This document shows, in pieces, positions 1 through 9,350 of a stretch of DNA of 22,428 nucleotides. The notes below the pieces were generated by a model. That model worked only from the letters and a program-made list of their open reading frames with translations, made no database searches and was not told the origin of the DNA. Source of the stretch: Fonticula alba ATCC 38817 (Eukaryota; Protista; Nucleariida); assembly GCA_000388065.2 (NCBI GenBank), contig KB932207.1. The stretch is one strand, 5' to 3'. Within the stretch, counting starts at the first letter, position 1. Each line of letters starts with the position of its first letter. A program made the translations under genes and the position numbers.

Positions 1-411
1 GCGCCAACTCTCCAGAGCCGCGCCGCGCCCGGACCCCTCCCCCTGACGGGGCGGGCCGCATCGCCGACGCCGTTCCGTGTGCACCGCCCCCCGCTCCCCC
101 CCCCGGTGCCAGGCGCAGAGGGCAGGGGCTCTCGTCAGCACGCGGCCCGCCCTGGGACGTATGGCTGGGAGCGCCGGGGGAGGGCGGGGGAATAACTGAC
201 CCTTGGAATATATATATATCCTTGTTATTAGCATAAAAGGCGGATGGGAAGACCCTTCCTATACCTTGATGTATGCCCGCCGCCTGGGGCGCGGCCGCGC
301 GGCGGAGGGCACTCGCGCACGCGCGTGCGCGCGGGTACGCCCGGGCCGGCCTTGCGGCTGGCCCCTGCCGCAATTACCCGGCCGACGGCTGGGCGCACTC
401 CAGCTGTTGCC

Positions 412-453
412 CACACGTACGCGCACACGTACGCGCACGCGCACGCGCACACG
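412..453. repeat. 42-bp alternating purine/pyrimidine tract including a tandem 12-mer (cacacgtacgcg x2)
   Basis: Read directly from the sequence. Confidence 0.85.
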
Positions 454-1518
454 CCCCCCCCCCCCCCGGGCGCACCTCTCCCCGATTGCCAGCCGGCAGG
501 GAGGAGCCGCGGGGCGCGGGGAGGAATGCCGGGGGCCCGGCCCACGGCTGGTCGGGTGTTTGACGCATGTGCCGGCCGGGCCGGGGCCGGGGGCACTCGC
601 GGCCCCGAGCACCAGCCAATGTCTGGGCGCCCGGGCCTGCTGCCGCACGATCGGCCCGGCCGGCGTGTTTCTAACCCGCGGCCGAGCGATGTGCCTGCCA
701 AGCTCGGCGCCTCGGCCGGCACTGCGCGGCCGTGTGCGCGCATAATTGTTTTCTCTGGCCCGCGCCCCGGCCGCCAATCAGCCGGCGTAGGGCCGGCCGT
801 GTAAGCGGCTGGGCAGCCCCCCCCCCCCCGCCCGCCTCGATTGGTCGTGCAGATCACCAGCGCCATCTGCCGGCCTCCAGCCCCGGGCGTAGTGAGGGCC
901 GGGGGGAAGCCGCGTTTCGCCACGAGGGTGCGAGGCTTGCGGCCTCCGGGCCCAAGTCCGGGGGGGGGGGGGGGGAAGGGAAGACCGGTCACAGTGGCGC
1001 GCCGGCCGGAGGGACGCCCCGGCGGCGGGGGGCGCCCGGCGACGATCGCACCGCACCGCGCCCCGCCAGCCGGGTCCCTCTGTCCGGTGGTCCCGCGGGA
1101 GGAGAGTCACACCGCCAGGGCGCCGAACGCGCACCGGTCTACGCGTCCGGGGCATGCACGGTCGCGCCGGACCGAAGGACGGATGAAACAGGCTGGAGGC
1201 CCGGCCGGCCGCGCCGCGCCGCTCCCCCTCCCCTCTCCCCGGAGGGACGCCGGCTAGCCCGGGGGCCATTCACGTGTGGCGTCCGCGCCCCCGCCCCCCC
1301 CCCCCAGACATCCGGCGCTGCCCTCGCGTCGGCGCCCCCCCGGCGTGCTGTTCGCCGCCCGGCTCCGGGTCTTTTCCGCAGCCCCCGCCCCCGCCGCAGG
1401 TACCCCCCCCTGTCCGTGGGGCGCACAGGCGAGCGGGCGCGCATGCTCCCCCCCCCCCGAGGCCGGGAGACAGACAGGCAGGCAGGCGCCGCGACGCTCC
1501 TGCACCCGGTACCACTGA

Positions 1519-1529
1519 CCAATGTTTAC
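1519..1529 (-). promoter_or_regulatory. Perfect forkhead-type site (TGTTTAC = GTAAACA on the minus strand, 1523-1529) overlapping a CCAAT box (1519-1523)
   Basis: The sequence gaccaatgtttaca is seen directly, ~745 nt upstream of the forkhead ATG. Function is unproven. Confidence 0.3.
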
Positions 1530-1742
1530 ATTTGCTCGTATGCCGCTTGCTCGCATGCATGAATGCCCGGACGCAGGTCCGCGCTTGCTCGCCCGCCCGC
1601 CCTCCCGGCAGCACGAGGGCAAGGCCCGGACTCTGAAGGGCGGGATACCTCCGACACCCGGCTGCCACAGATCCAGCCACCCCGCGCCTTCTCCCTCGCC
1701 CCACCTGCCCCTGCCCGCTTTACCACCTCCCCACCTCCCCTC

Positions 1743-1893
1743 NNNNNNNNNNNNNNNNNNNNNNNNNNNNNNNNNNNNNNNNNNNNNNNNNNNNNNNNNN
1801 NNNNNNNNNNNNNNNNNNNNNNNNNNNNNNNNNNNNNNNNNNNNNNNNNNNNNNNNNNNNNNNNNNNNNNNNNNNNNNNNNNNNNNNNNNNNN
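1743..1893. other. Assembly gap (N run)
   Basis: Run of Ns. Confidence 1.
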
Positions 1894-2272
1894 CCTCCCC
1901 CCTTCACGCCCCACCCGCGCACACGCACATCGCCCTCCCTCCTGCTGTCTCTCTTGCGTGTCCTGCGCTCATCCTCGGCCCGCTGGCCACATCACCCCCT
2001 CGTCAAGATCGGCCACGCGTAGCCCCCAGCCTCCCCCCCCCTTTCCTCTCCCCCGTCCTCTTCATCCCTCCCTCCCTCTTTCTCTCCTCCCCCCGCTCCC
2101 TCGCCGCGCTCCTCCATTTCCCTCGGCGTGCGTTTCTCCCACTCCCCTTGCCCCTCCCGTCGGTCTGCTCGCGCGCACTGTTCTCACTTTCTCCCTTGCT
2201 CATCCCCGCCCTTTCTCTCCCCCCGCCCCCCTCCCACAGCGCGGGCACGCCGGTTCCCCCATCCCAAGTACC

Positions 2273-3607
2273 ATGCTGTCCGCGGAGACCGGCCTCCCGC
2301 CCGAGTCCGGGCCCGGCCCGGCCCCGGCGGCCCCGGCGGCCCCGGATGCCCCAATGGCTCCGACCCAGCAGACAGCCGGACATTCCATGCAATTGGACTC
2401 GGAAGATTCCGATCGGACGCCCGATGACAGCGTTGACTCCGATGACTCGGCCCCCTCATCCTCGGCGGCCGGGCCGAGGCGGCCGTCGCCCCGGACGCGC
2501 GGCCCGGGCCGGCCCCGACGCCCCGGCGCCAGCGCCGCCCCCAAGCCGGCCGCATCGTATGGCAGCCGCCTTCCCCCGACGCAGGAGTTCCGCCAGGCGG
2601 CTCTCCTGTCGGCGGCCACCCTCCCCGGGCTGGACACCAGTCTCCCGCACTTCCACGACGACCTGACCAAGCCGCCCTACTCCTATGCGTCGCTCATTGC
2701 CCAGGCCATTCTCGCCAGCCCCGAGCGGCAAAAGACCCTGTCGGCCATTTATGAATGGATCGCCGCCGTGTATCCGTATTACTCCGTCCGGGACCCCGGC
2801 TGGCAGGTGCGTTTCAGCCGGGCCGCTTGGGTGGCCTCCCTTTCCATCCCCATGGCCTCCCTCCTCCCTCCCTCTCTCTCTCTCTCTCCTTCCCTGTTCA
2901 CACACTGACATCGCCTCAATCGCACGCTCGTCCATGCACGTGCCCCTCCTGTCTGCGCCTTCGGCCGCCCTCCTCCCCCCCCCTGCCCTCTGTGCGACAT
3001 GCAGAATTCCATCCGCCACAACCTCTCCCTGAACCAGTGCTTCTTGAAGATCCCGCGCTCGGAGTTCCAGCCCGGCAAGGGGGCCTTCTGGTCGATTGAC
3101 GACTTGGCCGCGTCGCAGCTGGTGGCCGGGTCGCTGAAGCGCCAGCGCCTCCGCAGCGCCAAGGCCAAGCCGGCCGCCAGCGACGACCCCCCCGATCCCG
3201 AGGCCGACCCCGAGGCCGGAGGCAAGGCCCCCTCCAAGCCCCCGGGCAAGGCCGCCCGGGCCCCGGGCAAGATCTCCGCCCGGGCTCCGAGCCGGGCCTC
3301 GGCCAAGGCCACCAAGGCCACCGCCGCCAACCGGGCGCCGGGCGCCGGATCGACCACTGCGGTGGCGGCGGCGGCGGCCGCCGCAACGGCAGCCGTGGCC
3401 CCGGCCGCCGAGCTGCCCGACTTGTCGGATCCGGTCAGTGACGAGCTGGCCCTCCTGAACACGGTGTCCGACCCGGACCTCCTGCTTGGCGAGGAGGACG
3501 CGCTGGTTGGCAGCTCGGGCCCCCTGTCGCCCGGCGGGTCGCCGGACTCCTCGGCGATGATGTTGACTCCCGGCTTGGCGGGTAGCCGGCCCGTGGCTTC
3601 CAGCAGC

Positions 3608-3638
<31 letters not shown>

Positions 3639-6600
3639 GCAGCATCCCCCCCGAGGACGACTCGCTGCTGTGTGCCTCCTCCGGCGGCCGGCAGCTGTCG
3701 CCAAGTGCCGCGGCGCTGTTCCCCCTGGGGGGCTCCGGGGCCATGTCCTCGCCCGGGGGTCTGTTCCACCCGCCGCAACCTTCGCCCGGGGGTGGCCATG
3801 GCCCGGCTCATGCGCACGCCTTCGCCGGCAGTGGGACCCCCCTGCTCAAGGCGGCTCTGGCCGCGGGGGATGCCCCCCATGCGGCGCCCCTCTTCCACCC
3901 GGGAACCAGCCCGCGCGATGTGGCCCGCGGGCGCGACCCGCGCAAGCTCTCCTCCTCGGCCCCGAACAGCTTCTACGGCGGTCTCCCGGGCTCGGGTGCC
4001 CTTGAGCACCATCCTTCCCAGCACTCGCCGTACCTGCAGTTCCAACAGCCGCCGCCGCAGCCGCCGCCGCCGCCGCCGCAGCAGCCGCATCACCAGCCGC
4101 CGCACCAGCTCCACCATCACCCCCATCAGCCACAGCAGCCGCACCCGCAGCCGCATCGGCAGCACCCGCAGCCGCACCCGCTCCAGCACCAGCACCAGCA
4201 CCACTTGCCGTCGCAGGGGTCCCCCTTCGGCGGCGGTCAGCCCATCCACCCGGACCACTACCCGCCTCACCAGTACTCCTCGTCGCAGCCGGGGGGGTCG
4301 TTCATGCATCTGGCCGGGGCCGAGCCCGGCCCTGGGGGGTTTGGCTTTGAGACCGGCTCCATTGGGCGCTTTGGTCCGGCGCATTCGTCGCCGATCGCGA
4401 GCTCCAGCTCAGGCGACCTCGGCCCCTTCGGCCAGCACCACCCCTCCTTTGCCCCGGGCCCGGGGGATGTCCTGCTGCCGGCCGATCGGGCCACCCTGGC
4501 CGCGACCTTCTCCCGCTCGGCCGTCTCCACCTGGTCTGGCCCCCCGGTGTCGGCCCTGTCGTCCGGCCTGTCGACCGGGCCGCACGACCCCCCCTCCTCC
4601 TCCTCCTCTTCCTCCTCCTCCTCCTCCTCCTCCTCCTCCTCCTCCTCCTCGGGTCCGGGCCTGGGGGGCTTCGGCGGAGGAGGCGCCGGAGCCCCCGGGA
4701 CCCGGGGGCCTGATGGTGCTTCCTCCGGCACCACCAGCCCCCCGCTGTCCTCGTCACCGCAGTCCACCGCCCCGCTGGGGGGCACCTCCTCGTCGCCTGG
4801 GCCGTCAGCCCGGCTGGGCAGCGCGTCCGGCTTCCGGGCCCCCTATGCCACGGGGCTCACCGGGTCCGGGCCGGCTACCAGCACCAAGCACCTGACGGCC
4901 GGGGCGACATTCGCCACGCCGACCGGCGCCGCCACTGCGGCCGCCATCGCCGGGGGGGTGAGCGCCTCGCCCGTTGTGGCGGCCGGGCTCTTCGGGTCGC
5001 CGCTGACCCCCACCCCCACGCCGCCGGTCCCGGGTGCCGGACCCGCCGCCGCCGCCGCCACCGCCGCCGCCACCGCCACCGCCACCGCCGCTGGCTCTGC
5101 TGCCGGCGCCGGCGCCACCAGCCCCGGGCTCGGGTCCTTCCCGAAGCGCTTCCGCCGACAGTCGGCCTCGACCGCCGGGATGCCGGTCCTGTCGACCTCC
5201 ATGCCGGGGGTGCATGTGGCCGGGGCCGGGGGCTCGGCCGCGTCCCTGTCGCCGCTGGCCACGGCGGCGGCCCTGTCCAATGCCAGTCGGCACCATCCGG
5301 CACCGCTGTCGCTGGTGCATGGGGGGCTGGACGTGGCCACCCCCTCGCCCGGCGGAGGCCTGCATGACCCGGGCGCCGCTTCGGCCATGTTCTTCGAGTC
5401 GCCGGCCCCCTCGCCGGTGCTGGGGTTCGTGCCGCTGTCGGCCGGGGGAGGCGGCCCGGGGGGTCCCGGCGGCTCGGCCGACTACGACCCGGCCGGCACC
5501 CCGACCTCCGGGCTGGAGTTTTGCTATGAAGACGACATCGATGACGATGTCCCCTACCAGGCATATGGCTTGCCGAGCTCGGTCACTCAGTCGAAGCTCC
5601 GGCCGGCTGCCTCGACGCCGATCTCGATCGGCGCTCGGTCGGCCGGGCCGCAAGGGCTCCCGGGCCACTCGCCGGCCACCCCGGCGACCGGGGCCTCGGT
5701 CGGCACCCCGGCCAGCGGGCCCCTGCTGCCGCCTGCCTCGGGGGGCGTCCTGTCCACCTCCACCTCCTCCTCTTCCTCCTCCTCCTTGTGCTCCTCTCCC
5801 GGCCTGCAGTATCTGCCGCACCTGCCCCAGCCGCCAAGCTCATCGTACCAGACCCCGGGGCACCATCTCCTTCACCAGCCGGCGGCCGGGCATCCCGGCC
5901 ATGCCGGGCACGCGGGGCTCCCCTCGCCCTCGCCCTCGCCCTCGTTGGCGTCCCTGCCGAATGCGGCCGGCGGGACCCCGGCCGAGGGGCCGGACCCCGG
6001 GGGGCTGGCCCATGGCGGCCGGCCCATTCGCGCCGGCCTGAACATCACCAGCTTCCTGGCCGGATCCGGGGGCGCCGAGGCCAGCGCCTCCTTCGGCTCG
6101 CCGAAGCGCGCGCGCAAGCTCTCCATCGACAACATCCGGCAGTTTTACTCGACCGGGCCCGGGGGCAGTGGCAACGGGTCGCCGCATGCGCCGAGCCCGC
6201 TGGGCGGGCTGGTGGGCGGCGCTGCCGGCGGGTCGCACAGCCCGCATGCGCCCTTCTCCGCGTCGCCCTATTCCACCTTGCTGATGGCGTCGGCCACGGG
6301 CGGCGGCGGCGGCGGCGGCGGCGGCCTGGTCACCTCGGCCTCGACCCCCTCATTGTCAACCCTGTCGACGGCCAGTCCGCCGTATTCCCCGTTGACTGGC
6401 ACCGGGACCGGGTGCACGCCGTCCCCCATGCCGGCGCATTTGCCCTCGGCCGGGGCATCTGCCACGTCGGTGGTGGCGGTGGCGGTGGCGGCCGCCGCGG
6501 CGGAGGCCGCCGCCGCCGGCTACCCCCTGTCCTACACGCAGGCGGCACACCACCACTCGCTGCCGCTGCTGGCCGGTACCAGCCCGTCCCCCTCGTCGCC

Positions 6601-6727
6601 GCCGTTCGGGGCCCAGGCCGCCATCCCGGTGGTCCCCTTCCAGCATCCCTATCACCACTCGTCGCAGGCGCATCATCACCACCACCACCACCACCACCTC
6701 CCGCAGGCGCATCACCATCACCACCAC

Positions 6728-6766
<39 letters not shown>

Positions 6767-7783
6767 CACCATCATCCACACCCCTCGCAGCATCACTCGC
6801 ACCATCACGCCTTCTCGACCGGCTCCCGGCCGATGGCGTCGTCCCTCCGCCGGTCGCAGTCCAGCGGCATTCCCCTCTCTTCACACGACACCACGACCCC
6901 CTTCCCCTCGTCGCCCCTGGCCTCGGTGCCGCCGGTGACCAAGAGCACCCTGGTCGGGGGATTGGCGGCTCCTCCGCCGGGGGCCCCGAGCCCCGGGGCC
7001 ACCCGGCCCCCCCCGGCGGCGGCGTCGGCCACCTTCGGCGCGGAGATGGCCTCGGCCAGCGAGCCGCCAGCGCCATCGTCCTCAGCCTGGTCCACGGGAC
7101 CCGACGGGGGTGCGATGGCGGCCGGGTCGGGGCCGGCCCCGGCTGCCGGTGGCGCGTCCTTCGGCCTGGCCCCGGTGGACGGCTCGCTGGCCCCCCACGC
7201 GGGGGCCGGCCCCGGTCCCGGCGGGCAGACCCACTCTCGGTCCTCCTCGGCCCCGGGGTCGGTGGCCCTGCCAGCGCTCTTCGGTGGCGACCCCCCGGCC
7301 GCATCGGACCTGGTGGCCTCGCTCAGCACCTCGGGCTTGGATATGCCACTTTCCTCGTCCGAGAATTTGCTGCTGGTGTCCAGCCACAGCGGGCCGCTGT
7401 TGTCGGGCCCCGGCGATGACATGCAGCTGGCCTACTCGCAGTCGGGGTCCGGGTTTCACCTGCAGCAGGCGCACCACCCGTATGCCGGGCATCAGCGTCA
7501 GTCGGAGGCCGGCTCAGTGACCGGGGTGGCCTCGCCGCCGCCACCACTAGCGTCGTCGTCGTCTTCATCGTCGTCGTCGTCGCCACCGCCGCCGCCGCCG
7601 CCGCCGCCGCATCACCACCACCATCACCAGCACCTCCACCACCACCACCAGCATCACCCTCACCAGCACCACCATGTCCCGCTGTCCGGCACCCTCCACG
7701 CGCATGAGCAGGCCTCCATGGTGGCGACGGTGGCCTCCTCAGACCATCCTGCTCATCTGGCCTCGGCCCATCTGTGCGTCCGC

Positions 7784-7818
<35 letters not shown>

Positions 7819-8499
7819 AGCCCATGTGTGCCCCCTCTCTCGCCCTTGTCAGGTGACTCACATGTTTTCTTCCCATCCCTTCCCTTCCCTTCCCACACAC
7901 ACACACACACACACACAGTGAGTCCACCCCTCCCGGCCTCGAGCACCTCGATCAACACTCACAGAGGCTGCCGCCGCCGGCTGAGCAGCACCCAGCGCGT
8001 GCGACGTCGTCCCGGTCGGACTTCGCATACGACCATGCGGAGCCCTACCCCGGCTATGACGGCCTAACCAAGGACCCCTCGGTCTCGATGCTGGTGCCGC
8101 CCCTGTCAGCACTCAGCATCGAGTCTGACATCATGGCCACGCAGTACTTCACGGATTCCATCTTCCCGGTGACCTCGGATGTCACGGCGCCTGATGGCGA
8201 ACCAACGGCCCTGGTGTCGGACGACTCCTCCGGTATGTCCCTGCATGCCCCTCCTCCGGCCACTCCTGGCCGCTCCCCGAGTGCCATGCGGCCAGAGACC
8301 CCCCCCCCCCCCCCCCCCCTGACCTCTAACCGTCCCCTCTCGAGCATAGCCTCACATCATTTTGATTCGGCTGTCAATGCCGCATCCTCTGCCCCCGGGG
8401 ACCTTTTCGCCCAGTGCGTGCCGGCGCCGGCCTCATCTGCCCCGGGCTTGCCCTGGGAGTGGGTGTAATTCACTGCTGCTTTGTTCTTTCCCCCTGCCA

Positions 8500-8538
<39 letters not shown>

Positions 8539-8767
8539 GCGCGCGCGCGCTCGCACCATATGCACATGCACAAACCCCCGATTCTGGCTCCCCACGTCCA
8601 GGTCCACCTTCCAAAGTGACAGTGGTGTGCTGGATAGCGACTTTTCCTCGGGCTACCTGCCGGACTTCCACACCAGCGCTGCACACGGGCCCGGCTCCTT
8701 CGCTGGCTCGGAGAGCAATGCCGAGGCGCAAAGCTCGCCGTCCACCTTCTCCTCGACGCTTCTTTAG
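2273..8767 (+). CDS. Large forkhead-box (FOX/Fkh, FoxJ/FoxK-like domain) transcription factor, ~1,925-1,932 aa. Inferred exons: 2273-2806, 3005-7773, 7967-8232, 8350-8413, 8623(or 8602)-8767
   Basis: The forkhead domain (~2669-3100) reads [46 protein letters not shown]|[32 protein letters not shown] after removing a phase-0 GTGCGT..CAG intron (2807-3004). The ATG has A at -3. Downstream exon phases are consistent (8233-8349 phase 1; 8414-8622 or 8414-8601 phase 2). The junction near 7774-7966 is ambiguous. The forkhead call is high confidence; the 3' exons are moderate confidence. Confidence 0.9.
4595..4651 (+). repeat. (TCC)n-rich coding repeat giving a run of 19 Ser in the forkhead protein
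   Basis: Read directly; in frame with exon 2. Confidence 0.9.
6731..6763 (+). repeat. (CAG)11 poly-Gln tract flanked by poly-His tracts
   Basis: Read directly; in frame with exon 2. Confidence 0.95.
7787..7917 (+). repeat. Two intronic (CA)n microsatellites (7787-7816 and 7894-7917)
   Basis: Read directly. Confidence 0.95.
8500..8549 (+). repeat. Compound intronic microsatellite (CT)12(CA)7(CG)6
   Basis: Read directly. Confidence 0.9.
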
Positions 8768-8812
8768 TGTTCCTGCGGTGTCCTCGCAGACACGCAGCCC
8801 CCCCCCCCCCCC

Positions 8813-9241
8813 NNNNNNNNNNNNNNNNNNNNNNNNNNNNNNNNNNNNNNNNNNNNNNNNNNNNNNNNNNNNNNNNNNNNNNNNNNNNNNNNNNNNNNNN
8901 NNNNNNNNNNNNNNNNNNNNNNNNNNNNNNNNNNNNNNNNNNNNNNNNNNNNNNNNNNNNNNNNNNNNNNNNNNNNNNNNNNNNNNNNNNNNNNNNNNNN
9001 NNNNNNNNNNNNNNNNNNNNNNNNNNNNNNNNNNNNNNNNNNNNNNNNNNNNNNNNNNNNNNNNNNNNNNNNNNNNNNNNNNNNNNNNNNNNNNNNNNNN
9101 NNNNNNNNNNNNNNNNNNNNNNNNNNNNNNNNNNNNNNNNNNNNNNNNNNNNNNNNNNNNNNNNNNNNNNNNNNNNNNNNNNNNNNNNNNNNNNNNNNNN
9201 NNNNNNNNNNNNNNNNNNNNNNNNNNNNNNNNNNNNNNNNN
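8813..9241. other. Assembly gap (N run) flanked on both sides by poly-C
   Basis: Run of Ns; it covers the presumed ORC4 promoter. Confidence 1.
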
Positions 9242-9274
<33 letters not shown>

Positions 9275-9350
9275 GCCAACTGCCATACACTCGCGCACCA
9301 CACATCTGCCCGCCGCCGCCACCGCCACCGCCGCTACCGCGATCACCACC

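Noticed and set aside
412-453. Tandem short repeats as a possible CRISPR array
   Set aside because: There are no unique spacers or constant 25-40 nt repeats, and the context is eukaryotic.
203-2022. Many overlapping 100-280 aa ORFs upstream of the forkhead gene
   Set aside because: They are Arg/Gly/Pro/Ala-rich translations of GC-rich and repeat DNA on both strands, with no domain motifs or splice-consistent structure. Stop codons are simply scarce at this GC content.
2456-7492. Long antisense and alternate-frame ORFs over the forkhead gene (e.g. 642 aa at 2456-4384, 543 aa at 5788-7419)
   Set aside because: These are shadow ORFs of a high-GC3 coding strand with no independent homology signal.
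8797-9272. Poly-C tracts flanking the gap as a structural element
   Set aside because: Long homopolymers commonly break assemblies, so the association with gaps is a technical effect.
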